From Minisyncoccota bacterium (GTDB lineage: Bacteria; Patescibacteriota; Minisyncoccia; Phycocordibacterales; UBA2100): a stretch of DNA of 64,000 nt. Within the stretch, counting starts at the first letter, position 1; every line of letters begins with the position of its first letter. The stretch is taken from the NCBI GenBank assembly GCA_043780835.1, contig JAYWCB010000001.1:103738-167737 (forward strand), in the 5' to 3' direction. Of this stretch, positions 38,966-48,498 are shown in pieces. The notes below the pieces were generated by a model, which saw only the letters and a program-made list of their open reading frames with translations, ran no database searches and was not told the origin of the DNA. The position numbers were made by a program, and so were the translations under genes.

Positions 38966-39676
38966 ATGAAGAAAACATTGACGCGTTTTATAGCCGATCG
39001 CGTGGATAGAACCGCATTTACCGGTCTACCATTGACAGCATTGGTACTTCTTGGTGCCATACTTCTTGCTGGATTTGCGGGGATTGCAAATTCCATCGTG
39101 GATTCGGCACCGATCGTGATGATCGATACGCATTTTACTGCGTGGCTATTTTCGCACAGAAGCGCGACGCTCGCCCATGAACTCTATCTTGTGACTCACG
39201 TGGCAGATCAGCTTGTCATTGCGGTCTTATTCGTTCTTGTTTCGCTGTATCTTATCGCAAAAAAGGAATTCGTTTATTTCTTCGCGTTTCTCATTGACGT
39301 TGCGGGCGCTGAACTCAGTGTGTATCTTTTCAAGCTTTTCATAAGTCGGGCGCGTCCCGACGCAAGCATTGCGTATTATATTGAACAAACAAAGTCATTT
39401 CCGAGCGGACACGCAACGATCTCGATCGCTTTTTATGGCTTTATTATGTATTTCGTTCTGCGTCAAATTGCAAAACAGAACGAATGGCGATTACCGATTA
39501 TTTTGCTCGGCAGCTTCCTCATCGCGGCAGTCGGATTTTCGCGCATTTATCTCGGTGTTCATTATCTGAGTGATGTGCTCGGAGGATATCTCATCGGTGG
39601 CTTATGGCTTATTATTGCGATTGCGTTCCGCGAACAAAATTTATATAAACAATCATTGAAGCAGGCCCTTTCGTAG
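38966..39676 (+). CDS. PAP2 family phosphatase
   Basis: K....RARP, SFPSGH, SRIYLGVHY.SD. Confidence 0.92.
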   Translation: MKKTLTRFIADRVDRTAFTGLPLTALVLLGAILLAGFAGIANSIVDSAPIVMIDTHFTAWLFSHRSATLAHELYLVTHVADQLVIAVLFVLVSLYLIAKKEFVYFFAFLIDVAGAELSVYLFKLFISRARPDASIAYYIEQTKSFPSGHATISIAFYGFIMYFVLRQIAKQNEWRLPIILLGSFLIAAVGFSRIYLGVHYLSDVLGGYLIGGLWLIIAIAFREQNLYKQSLKQALS

Positions 39677-39708
39677 TAAATGTGCTCCTGATTCGTCAGA
39701 GCGAATGT

Positions 39709-40590
39709 ATGCCAAAGATTGCCATTATCGCGAATACAAAATCAAGATCCGGCAGCGGATGGGCTACCTGCGAACCCCTCCTTCGAGGACGTTCCAATTT
39801 TAAAGTGTATCCGATAATAGATACGTCTGTCGATTCGCTCGTTACGACTGCGTTGAAAGACGGTAGTCTCTCAATCATTGCAGCTGGGGGTGACGGAACC
39901 GTCTCAGCAGTTGTGAATGCGCTCATCAAACAGGACATACTCGCAAAATTCGGCGTTCTCCCTTTGGGAACCTTTAATCATTTCGCCAAGGACCTTACCC
40001 TGCCACTTAATCCGAAAGATGCACTCGAAGTGATACAACAGGGCCATACGCGGCTCATCGATGTTGGGATGGTAAACGATACATATTTTGTAAATAACTC
40101 TTCGGTCGGAGCCTATCCCCACTTTGTGGAAGAACGTGAGGCGCTACAGAAACGGGGCACGCATAAAGCGCTGGCTCAGTTTCGAGCGGCTGTATCGCTG
40201 TTAAAAAAACAGCCCAGCTTTACACTCCGTTTTGGGTTTACAGATTCACAGAGCGAGAAGCGTGCGCTGGGAATTTTCGTTGGGAATAATCGGTATTCCG
40301 TCGACGGGATGAGCCTTGGTTCGCGCGCAAAGCTCGATGAAGCAACGCTTTTCGTAGCGCTTTTAAAGTACATTTCATCGGCTGGTTTTATACACATACT
40401 TATCGCTGCATTGCGCGGTAATACCGCCGCCAAACGTGAACTCGATGTCATCGGTTTACACGAGTGTGTAATCGACAGTACAAAACATGATATTCTCGTT
40501 TCCTGCGATGGTGAAATATCTCGAATGCGTACACCGCTGCGATATTCCATTAAACCGAAAGCTCTCACTGTAATCGTGCCGTCACTATGA
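39709..40590 (+). CDS. diacylglycerol/lipid kinase family protein
   Basis: N.KS.SG, AGGDGTV, PLGTFNHFAKDL, DGE. Confidence 0.9.
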   Translation: MPKIAIIANTKSRSGSGWATCEPLLRGRSNFKVYPIIDTSVDSLVTTALKDGSLSIIAAGGDGTVSAVVNALIKQDILAKFGVLPLGTFNHFAKDLTLPLNPKDALEVIQQGHTRLIDVGMVNDTYFVNNSSVGAYPHFVEEREALQKRGTHKALAQFRAAVSLLKKQPSFTLRFGFTDSQSEKRALGIFVGNNRYSVDGMSLGSRAKLDEATLFVALLKYISSAGFIHILIAALRGNTAAKRELDVIGLHECVIDSTKHDILVSCDGEISRMRTPLRYSIKPKALTVIVPSL

Positions 40591-41423
40591 AATCAATTAT
40601 TCACATATCCGACATGCACTTCGGCAAGTCCGATCCGGCGATCAATGATGCACTGCTCAAGGCGTGTCAAATGATCGATCCCGATATATATATCCTCTCC
40701 GGTGATTTTACCCAACGCGCACTCACGAGTGAATTTGAAAGCGCGGCGGCTTTCATAAAACTCTTGCGCCGACCAAAAAAGCGCGTCGTGGCGATACCTG
40801 GAAATCATGACATTGAACCGTTATATAAACCTCTCGCGCGTATTCGCAGGCCGTACGAGCGCTATACAGAATACATTTCACCCCGAACCTCCACTTCATA
40901 CGTTGATTCTGAAATTGTGATAGCAAGTATTAATACAGTCCGCATCGCTCGTATAAAAGACGGCGGTGTTTCCCGCCGCGCACTCAACGACGCAGAATCA
41001 TGGTTCTCAAAACAGTCAGCACGGGCTGTTCGTCTGCTCGTCACGCATCATCCACTGGACTTGCCCACAACCGTCTCAAAAAGAAAACTGGTTCGTAAAG
41101 CAACGCGCAGTGTGTACCAACTTGCGCGCTCCCGCGTCGATCTCTATCTGTCCGGTCACTATCATAGAAGTTCTGCAGTGGTAACCTCCGCTCGATATGC
41201 AAAAGATCATCACGCGGCAATTGCACTTCAAGCGGGTACGGTATCGACTCGCAGCCGAGGCCAGACCCAGTCATTTAATGTACTGCATGTTGCACAAGAA
41301 CGGATAGAAATTACCGTGTATTCGCGGGACGAGAAATCCGGGAAATTTAAACGATCAGAAAAAACACGATTCGTTTTGACGCCAACCGGTTGGATGCCTA
41401 CCGGTATCGGCACCAGCAAATAA
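40587..41423 (+). CDS. calcineurin-like metallophosphoesterase
   Basis: HISDMHFG, SGDFTQRA, PGNHD, THHP, SGHYH. Confidence 0.9.
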   Translation: MKSIIHISDMHFGKSDPAINDALLKACQMIDPDIYILSGDFTQRALTSEFESAAAFIKLLRRPKKRVVAIPGNHDIEPLYKPLARIRRPYERYTEYISPRTSTSYVDSEIVIASINTVRIARIKDGGVSRRALNDAESWFSKQSARAVRLLVTHHPLDLPTTVSKRKLVRKATRSVYQLARSRVDLYLSGHYHRSSAVVTSARYAKDHHAAIALQAGTVSTRSRGQTQSFNVLHVAQERIEITVYSRDEKSGKFKRSEKTRFVLTPTGWMPTGIGTSK

Positions 41424-41426
41424 TGC

Positions 41427-42191
41427 TTACGCTGTAGATTGAATTTCGTCGCGTCTAGTCGCACTCAAATACACAACAAGCACGAGGATTACGATGAGAA
41501 AAATAGCACTCGTCACGGTTGTGCCGAGTCCGAGGCCGCCATCTGCCTTCCCTTGCGACATATAATCACCAATCGACGCACCCAGTGGCCTCGTCAGGAT
41601 GTATGCAAGCCAGAATGAGAGCACCGCGTTCAAACGAATTCCATAGTATGCCGCAGAAATAAGTGCAATAAGGCCACCAAATATAACGGCAGATAGCAAA
41701 TATCCTACGTTGAATCGTTCCGCAACGAGATCTCCTGCGGCCGTGCCCAACGCAAACGTAAATAAAATCGTAAGCCAGTAGAATGACTCACGCGTTCTTG
41801 TCGTGATGCTATGAATCGATAGCGTTTTCTCTTTCAAATACCACACGGCAAAGGTAATCGCGAGAGCGATCGCAAATACGATCGTGCTCGTCATGAGCGA
41901 TATGCCCACATTATCAGTCAGATTGTCCGTGATTAACGTGCCTACGACACTGATTAAGACAACCGCAAGCCAATATATGGATGGGACGTACTTTCGCGCC
42001 CTAAACTGAAACACGAGTACGACGATAAGCAGTGCACTCATTACAAGAGAGGTGCCGGTGAGTCCAAAATTGAGCGCACTGTTTAGAAAATCCGCCGCTG
42101 TCTCCCCGACTGTCGTACATAAAATCTTGATGATCCAAAAAAATAATGTAACCTCCGGAACCTTATTGAGCATCTGTTGTACGGAGGGCAT
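41427..42191 (-). CDS. COG4705-like membrane protein
   Basis: NKVPEVT..FW.IKI..TT.GET.AD, FALGTAAGD, LTRPLGAS.GD. Confidence 0.85.
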   Translation of the reverse strand: MPSVQQMLNKVPEVTLFFWIIKILCTTVGETAADFLNSALNFGLTGTSLVMSALLIVVLVFQFRARKYVPSIYWLAVVLISVVGTLITDNLTDNVGISLMTSTIVFAIALAITFAVWYLKEKTLSIHSITTRTRESFYWLTILFTFALGTAAGDLVAERFNVGYLLSAVIFGGLIALISAAYYGIRLNAVLSFWLAYILTRPLGASIGDYMSQGKADGGLGLGTTVTSAIFLIVILVLVVYLSATRRDEIQSTA

Positions 42192-42220
42192 ACCAATATT
42201 TAAAATAAGTATACGCGATC

Positions 42221-42248
42221 AAAAGCCGCCGTTGCAACGGCGACTTTT
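42221..42248 (-). terminator. intrinsic terminator
   Basis: AAAAGCCGCCGTTGCAACGGCGACTTTT. Confidence 0.65.
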
Positions 42249-42263
42249 GGAGCACGTGTTTTA

Positions 42264-42581
42264 CTAATTACCGGACGGTCCATCATCGTTGGTCTCACCA
42301 TCGCCGTCGCCCGCTTTTGTGCTGCCGTGATCAACTGCTTTGTTTCCGTCGTCTGCAGTTTCAACGTCTGCTCCCTGCTCGTCTTGTCCTTTGACTTCCT
42401 GACTATCCGGGACTTCTTTGTCAGCATCTGCTGCCTGAGTAGCCGTCTGCGCTGATTCTATCGGCGTCGTGGTAGTCGTCTGCGCCGTTGTTTGCGCGAA
42501 TGCAACGCTACCGACTATACCGACGACTGCAACCGGAATCGCAATGAGTCCCAACAAGCCTTTGTTGAAGCTTTTCTTCAT
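42264..42581 (-). CDS. secreted acidic low-complexity protein
   Basis: Signal peptide ending AFA, D.E..DD repeats; likely start MKKSFNK. Confidence 0.7.
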   Translation of the reverse strand: MKKSFNKGLLGLIAIPVAVVGIVGSVAFAQTTAQTTTTTPIESAQTATQAADADKEVPDSQEVKGQDEQGADVETADDGNKAVDHGSTKAGDGDGETNDDGPSGN

Positions 42582-42668
42582 ATTTTGTTCTGTTATTTGA
42601 CTAATACGGAGCCGATTGTCTCTGCCCCATATAGCTAGTACGCGCGTCATGCCTGTTTCCTTTCAAAA

Positions 42669-43145
42669 TCAATCCGATGCGTCTTCACGTGAATGAATGA
42701 GGGCATCATAAAAAGTCGCGTGTGACAGGAGATAGGTATGAACAGATTGCCCAAAATCAACGGCATTCAACGACATGCCAAGAACGACACTTGCAACCAC
42801 CGAAGAACACAGCACCATTACTGTTGTGTAGCGGTATCCTGAACGTGTTTTTCGAAATCCCTTGTAAGCGATGTACGTAAAGATACCCAGAACCGCGAGC
42901 CATAGGTACGGAATACTGAGTGCGATATCGTGAATTGGTGCGTCTTGCAATGAGGAAAGGTTTATGCCGTCGTTATCAAAAAAAACATAGTCAGCAACAC
43001 CAAATGCAACCCCTCCAATTACCACTGATAAAATCGCAAGTACCCAAAATGCAGTTCGCGTTAAAAGGAACTGCCAACGTGGTGTCGGCGCGAGACGTTG
43101 CTCCTCAATCTTTTTTAGAATGCTGTCCGTGAGGTGATCGTTCAT
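42669..43145 (-). CDS. membrane protein, putative anti-sigma factor
   Basis: Overlaps the ECF sigma stop by 4 nt; IL.KI....L.P.PRWQF, 3 TM helices. Confidence 0.65.
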   Translation of the reverse strand: MNDHLTDSILKKIEEQRLAPTPRWQFLLTRTAFWVLAILSVVIGGVAFGVADYVFFDNDGINLSSLQDAPIHDIALSIPYLWLAVLGIFTYIAYKGFRKTRSGYRYTTVMVLCSSVVASVVLGMSLNAVDFGQSVHTYLLSHATFYDALIHSREDASD

Positions 43146-43705
43146 GGTGAGCGTGTGCCGTTCTCGGCCAGCAACTGTTTCAATTGCGACTTACCGCGAT
43201 TAATATTCGTAGCAACTGTCCCCTCCGGAATTTGCAGAATATCCGAGATCTCAGTATAGCTTTTATCTTCAAAATATTTGAGAATGAGCGGTATGCGGTA
43301 TTTATCGACGATTTTTCCGAGAACGTCCCGTAGTTGACGGGCATCCCATTCTTGCGCACGGGCTTCGAATAAATCGGTGCCGTCATGCAAGTTTTCAAAT
43401 ACCGTAAGCTCCTCTTCACTTGCAACCGCGGACGGTCGTACACTTTTCCTTCGGAAAAAAGACATCGTTTCATTGTGCGCGATACGATAGATCCATGACG
43501 AGAATTTGAGGCTCGAATCATAATCATTGAGATTGATGTAGCATTTTAGAAACAATTCTTGCAGTACGTCTTCGATATCCTGCGGATCATTACAGCCGAG
43601 CCTTCGTATATACCGCCTGAGCGGCTCTTCATATCGCTCCACGATTGCCCTAAATGCACGCGAATTACGCAGGGCTGCAATGACAAGATCGCGGTCACTG
43701 TACAT
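43142..43705 (-). CDS. ECF RNA polymerase sigma factor
   Basis: EDVLQELFLK, FSSWIYRIAHN, SYTEISDIL.IPEGTV...INRG; likely start MYSDRDL. Confidence 0.92.
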   Translation of the reverse strand: MYSDRDLVIAALRNSRAFRAIVERYEEPLRRYIRRLGCNDPQDIEDVLQELFLKCYINLNDYDSSLKFSSWIYRIAHNETMSFFRRKSVRPSAVASEEELTVFENLHDGTDLFEARAQEWDARQLRDVLGKIVDKYRIPLILKYFEDKSYTEISDILQIPEGTVATNINRGKSQLKQLLAENGTRSP

Positions 43706-43707
43706 GA

Positions 43708-44829
43708 TTACAGCATACCAATTTCGCTTGTAAGGGTAGGCTTCGCGGGAACTTCGATTGCAACTGCGATAGTCTTTGAAAACGGGTACACATTGAACCG
43801 TTGTGTAGATTGCAACCAATCCCGCATCCACCGGTCCCATGTCGAGAGGAAATAAGCCGCGCCTATAATGATAACTTCGAAGCAGATCACGAGAGTTACC
43901 CACGAGACTGGTGCAACTCCGGTCAGTACATCGATCATCATGTTCCCTATTCGCTGATGAATCAGATATAACGGATACGTGAGCGCACCCATGATTGCGA
44001 GCCCGTGCAGCAGTCGTTGACTCGTGACGTATGCGGAAATATACACCAGCAGCGGAATTGCTAAGAAAAAACTAATATGCAGTACCGTAATAATATTCAC
44101 GTCATGCTGATTGGAAATTGTGTACGCAGGTATTGCTCGCGTATGCATGTACGTAGCGAAGAACGCACTGGCAAAGAGTAGTATCCAATCGATACATTTC
44201 TCTCGCAACCTGTGCGCATCTTTGCTTACGAGAAGCGAAAGCGCGCTACCAAATATAAAATATGATGCGTGGCGAACGAGCAAAAGTTTAACGTAAAAGT
44301 TTTCATCGATGTGAAATAAAAATGCGCATAGACTTACGAGCAGCCATACAAGAAGAAAATATCGGATATTGTGATGTGCAAAGTGATGCACAAAAAGTGC
44401 TACTCCGACGTAAAAAATGAGTTCGACGGTGAGCGTCCAGTACGAAGGGTCGATCAGCGCAGCCGGCCCGACGATACCATCGAACACGTCGCCGATCATC
44501 GTCATGCTGCGTAGATAATCACTAAAACGGAGCACGGAGTGCACATCAGGCAGAAAAATCGTGAGCAGGTATGTGAGCGTACAAAGGATCCAAAACAACG
44601 GAAACAGTCTCCAGAATCTTCCTACAATAAACTCTTTCAGCGATTTGCCTTTCAACGACTGTACAATCACAAACCCGCTGATGATGAAGAAAATTTGAAC
44701 GCCTAAATTTCCGTACCGGTACCAGTGCACTTGCGTGCTGTCGCCATTTCCAAACAAATAGTGAAAATTCATTACCCAAAAGGCGGCGAGAAATCGCGCC
44801 GCATCGAGCAAGCTATAGTATTTCTTCAT
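43708..44829 (-). CDS. acyltransferase-3 (OafA-like) family protein
   Basis: LDAAR..AA.WV..FH, GV..FF.ISGFVI, R..RL.P, YWTL.VE..FY, TYPLYL.HQ. Confidence 0.9.
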   Translation of the reverse strand: MKKYYSLLDAARFLAAFWVMNFHYLFGNGDSTQVHWYRYGNLGVQIFFIISGFVIVQSLKGKSLKEFIVGRFWRLFPLFWILCTLTYLLTIFLPDVHSVLRFSDYLRSMTMIGDVFDGIVGPAALIDPSYWTLTVELIFYVGVALFVHHFAHHNIRYFLLVWLLVSLCAFLFHIDENFYVKLLLVRHASYFIFGSALSLLVSKDAHRLREKCIDWILLFASAFFATYMHTRAIPAYTISNQHDVNIITVLHISFFLAIPLLVYISAYVTSQRLLHGLAIMGALTYPLYLIHQRIGNMMIDVLTGVAPVSWVTLVICFEVIIIGAAYFLSTWDRWMRDWLQSTQRFNVYPFSKTIAVAIEVPAKPTLTSEIGML

Positions 44830-44899
44830 GTCGCGTGTGCGTCCGCCGGATCATATCTCATTTTGCGTTACAACGACGAGATAGAATAGCCGCTCAGAT

Positions 44900-46342
44900 T
44901 TATTTCCAGACTGAGTCGTCGAGGATCGTTTCGACTGCGGCATCCATGTACGGATCGGTTGAACTCGCATATTTCGGATCCTTCACATCAACCACGATGT
45001 CGGGTGTGATACCAGTGTGTGAAATAGTTCGTCCGTTTGGTGTATACCATCGCGCAATCGTGATTTTCAATGTTCCCAACGTACCGATATCAACGATTGT
45101 TTGCACCGATCCCTTCCCAAATGATTGCTCACCCACTACTTTTGCCACCCGATGGTCCTGCAAAGCGCCCGCAAGAATTTCTGATGCGGATGCACTGTTG
45201 CGATTTACTAAGACCACAATGCGTCGCGAAGACGTCGCTATACCGTTGAGCGTGTCGTACCCGAAACTTCGATACTCCGACGCAATACCATTTGCACCCT
45301 GCTTTTCTGTAACCACGAGGTCCCCCTTCGGTAAAAAGTAACTTGCCAAGTCATTGGCCACATCCAGATATCCTCCGGGGTTATTACGAAGATCGATGAT
45401 GAGGTTATGAGTGTCGGATTTCGAGAATCGTTGCAGGTCCGTCACAAACGCATCGACAGATGTCTTTGTGAATGTAGCAAGCTGCAGCACGAAGAACTTT
45501 TGTTTTTGTGCGGAGACAATTTGCGCCTTTGCATCCTCTGAGGCTTGTGAACCGGGCAGCGCAGCCGCTGCAGCAGCTGTTGCTTTTGCGACAGCCGCAG
45601 CAATTACGTTTTTAGCCGCGGTAACGACACGCGTCGCAGTCGACGGAATTACCACCGTGCCGCGCGTGACTTCGATAACAGTTTCCTTGGACGATTTTGC
45701 GTGCGCGATAGTGAGTTTAACTACAGTACCTTTTGCACCACGAATATGAGGAATTATATCTTCGAGCTTTTTCCCGAGCGTTGGATCTCCGTCAACCGCT
45801 ATCACCCGATCACCGGCCTTGAGTCCTGCTTTTTCAGCGGGACTCGCTGGCAATGTGCCGATGACAACGACTCCTGCGTCTGAGATATTCAATCCGGCGC
45901 CGATGCCTTCAAATTGGCCATTCACTTGCTCTTTGAAACTGTCTGCATGCTCCTTTGGCAAGAAAACCGTATACGGATCATTGTAGGAACTCGCGAGACC
46001 CGCGATTGCGCCCGCAATGCGGGTTTGCGAAGTGCTTGTGGCTGCAGAGGATGTGGAAGTCGGTGCAAAATTCTTATCCAAAATGTTCCACGTTTTCCAG
46101 AATTCTGCAAAATCAACTTTTGAGGCGGGATCGTCGAGTACAACTGAGAGATCTCCGCTGGAGGCGGTATGAATCAGATTCGCCGAGAGCGGGGGTGACG
46201 ATACGTCTCCTGAGCCTTTGCGGTAGCCGTATGAATATGCTCCAACTCCAACGAGCGCCAGTGACATAACAAAAAACAAATACACGACAGTCCTGCCTCT
46301 GCTTTTTTTCAGTGTATTCAACACCGCGACATTGTACCCCAC
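44900..46342 (-). CDS. S41 C-terminal processing protease (CtpA-like, PDZ)
   Basis: DPYTVF, FEGIGA, DLRNNPGG, SASASEI, SFGKGSVQ. Confidence 0.92.
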   Translation of the reverse strand: MGYNVAVLNTLKKSRGRTVVYLFFVMSLALVGVGAYSYGYRKGSGDVSSPPLSANLIHTASSGDLSVVLDDPASKVDFAEFWKTWNILDKNFAPTSTSSAATSTSQTRIAGAIAGLASSYNDPYTVFLPKEHADSFKEQVNGQFEGIGAGLNISDAGVVVIGTLPASPAEKAGLKAGDRVIAVDGDPTLGKKLEDIIPHIRGAKGTVVKLTIAHAKSSKETVIEVTRGTVVIPSTATRVVTAAKNVIAAAVAKATAAAAAALPGSQASEDAKAQIVSAQKQKFFVLQLATFTKTSVDAFVTDLQRFSKSDTHNLIIDLRNNPGGYLDVANDLASYFLPKGDLVVTEKQGANGIASEYRSFGYDTLNGIATSSRRIVVLVNRNSASASEILAGALQDHRVAKVVGEQSFGKGSVQTIVDIGTLGTLKITIARWYTPNGRTISHTGITPDIVVDVKDPKYASSTDPYMDAAVETILDDSVWK

Positions 46343-46372
46343 GAATGTCGCGATGCACTGAGGATACGGAAA

Positions 46373-48490
46373 CTACGGTAGCGTCGGCGTATTGTTTTTA
46401 ATGACAATCCCCCTTCCGACCATATAGAGGACCGCGATTATAAACGCACACAAGAGCGCGAGCAGTGGAATCGCGGCACCATTGTTGAATAGCGTCGGCT
46501 TTTCCGCAGTTGTTACACCGAGCGGTGATGCTGTGTCGAGCGTCGCGGCCTCGGCAGTCTTGGTAAACGGAATCGCAATACTTTTTGCGACGATCGTTCC
46601 TGTGTTGTCCACCGTGGCGACATACATAGTGTGCCGACCATCCTCGAGTTCTTTGTCGACTGTATAATGCCAATCACCGGAGCTATCGGTTCGTACCGTC
46701 ACTATGATCGGCGTACTGTACACAAAGAGCGTGATGTAACTATTCGGAAGCGCTTTGCCGCTCATGGCAATCTTTTTTTCGGCCGAAAGTTTTACATCAG
46801 TGACCGCATACACGCTTGTCTGTGGGGCGAGTGATTCAAGCGGCTCTTCAGGTGTCACTTGTACGAGCAGTTTTTGCGTTGGGTCATACCCGAGGAGCAC
46901 TTTCTCGCCGGCAGTAAGCGTAGTAGTGCCCAACAGTGATACCGGGCTCGGCGCGATCGGATCGATATGATAAATATGCTCAGAATCAAAGTCGGAAATG
47001 CCGTCATGATTTGAATCTTTAAATACTGTGTCGCCCCCCGACGTCTTTAGTATGTCGATCGCGCTTTGAAAGGCGTTCGACAGCGAATCGATAGATGCAA
47101 CGATCTCGTTATTTGTGGCATTAGTTGTTGTCGCGGCCAATGTATCGATGCGCTTGAGGCCATTATTGATCGTCGCTTTGAGCTTTGTAAAATCCTCCGG
47201 TGTGCCATGGGAGAGCTCCGCAAGTGAACGATCGACATCATGCATGAGTGATTCTCGCAACGAATTCATGGCCATCGTATGAGACACATTGGCCGAATCC
47301 TCACCAATCGCCGTAATGTGTGCATCGATTGAATCGACAATACTTTGCCTTGTTTCGGCGATAGCTCTCTGTGAGGTCTCGACTGTACGAGAAATATCTT
47401 GCATTGACGCAACAATTTCAGATGACGCAAAAGCTGTACGAGCACTGCGTTCCCCGCCTTCTAACGGACGAAACCCTGCGGCGTGATGGTTTTCCGCTGA
47501 CTTTGGTGAGGTTACATTGGGAGGTACTGCGCCGTGAGTCGGCCTGTCAGACGTAGAACCCGATGGATGTGTATTGCCAATCGTACGAGGTTCGGGCTCT
47601 GTGTCGTCGATATCATGCGGTTGTATTACCTCCATGTGAGTTTCATTGTGCGCCACACCTGCTGTCGCAGCTGAATTTTCCATCGGCGGGACTGGAATCG
47701 TTGCTGGCTGCTGCGAAATTACTGATGTTTGATTTTCAACCGCTGTGCTCATTATGATTGGCACCGACACAATCGCAGATGCGCCTGAACAACCGGCCAT
47801 GTTGCATGCCTCAACTTGATAATCCATTGGTGAGCCGAGATTAAGAGCATTGTCGGTGAATGTGCTGGAAAGTCCGGATAACGTTTGAAAGAGAGCGAAC
47901 GTGCCGTTTGCAATACGGCGAAATATTTTAATAACAGACTCATTTGACGAGGCGTTGTGCCAGGTGAGTACAATCCCACCTGCAGCCGTATTCAATACAG
48001 CGGCAAAATTGCTCGGTACCGAAGGTATAGATTCCAAGGAAGTGCTTGAGGTTGCGCTCATGAGGTGTGAGTCAGTGACACACTTCGGTGGCGCTGTAGC
48101 AATGATGCTCGCATATGGTGCTGTTGTGCCGTACGCAATCAGGTAGTATGTGTGCGAAGTACCATCATCTAAGCCCGAATCCGTATACATCGTTTGCAGA
48201 TTTTCATACACTTTCACGGTTGATGAGTCTCTATATAGACGGTACGACAGTACGCCTGAAACAGAACTCCATGACAAATCAATTTTGCCCGTACCACAGC
48301 CTCCGGCAACTGCGGAAAGGATGGGAGCGGCTATCGCTCCCGATAATGTGTCTCGTTGCATCGGCTGTGACATCGACTGAGCGCGCACTGTCGCATTCCC
48401 CACATATAAAATACCGGTCAGCATGAGACAAACGAGCAGAGCGCCAAATTCTGTTCGCTTGATAAATGATATGTGCTGTTTGTCGTACAT
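46373..48490 (-). CDS. large surface protein with FN3 and Ig-like domains and C-terminal TM
   Basis: LSW..V...Y..YR, YTDSGL, DSNHDGISD, SG.A.PNS...TDSSGDW.Y. Confidence 0.75.
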   Translation of the reverse strand: MYDKQHISFIKRTEFGALLVCLMLTGILYVGNATVRAQSMSQPMQRDTLSGAIAAPILSAVAGGCGTGKIDLSWSSVSGVLSYRLYRDSSTVKVYENLQTMYTDSGLDDGTSHTYYLIAYGTTAPYASIIATAPPKCVTDSHLMSATSSTSLESIPSVPSNFAAVLNTAAGGIVLTWHNASSNESVIKIFRRIANGTFALFQTLSGLSSTFTDNALNLGSPMDYQVEACNMAGCSGASAIVSVPIIMSTAVENQTSVISQQPATIPVPPMENSAATAGVAHNETHMEVIQPHDIDDTEPEPRTIGNTHPSGSTSDRPTHGAVPPNVTSPKSAENHHAAGFRPLEGGERSARTAFASSEIVASMQDISRTVETSQRAIAETRQSIVDSIDAHITAIGEDSANVSHTMAMNSLRESLMHDVDRSLAELSHGTPEDFTKLKATINNGLKRIDTLAATTTNATNNEIVASIDSLSNAFQSAIDILKTSGGDTVFKDSNHDGISDFDSEHIYHIDPIAPSPVSLLGTTTLTAGEKVLLGYDPTQKLLVQVTPEEPLESLAPQTSVYAVTDVKLSAEKKIAMSGKALPNSYITLFVYSTPIIVTVRTDSSGDWHYTVDKELEDGRHTMYVATVDNTGTIVAKSIAIPFTKTAEAATLDTASPLGVTTAEKPTLFNNGAAIPLLALLCAFIIAVLYMVGRGIVIKNNTPTLP

Positions 48491-48498
48491 AGGATGAA

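Noticed and set aside
38899-39096. Head-to-head overlap of cls and PAP2
   Set aside because: Disappears with the downstream ATG starts at 38898 and 38966
43706-43903. N-terminal extension of the ECF sigma factor
   Set aside because: Overlaps the acyltransferase in another frame; sigma similarity begins at MYSDRDL
44900-46342. S41 protease as the degrader of the LSR hydrophobic tail
   Set aside because: The protease has an N-terminal membrane anchor and is probably extracytoplasmic, and it lies outside the island; there is no evidence of a link
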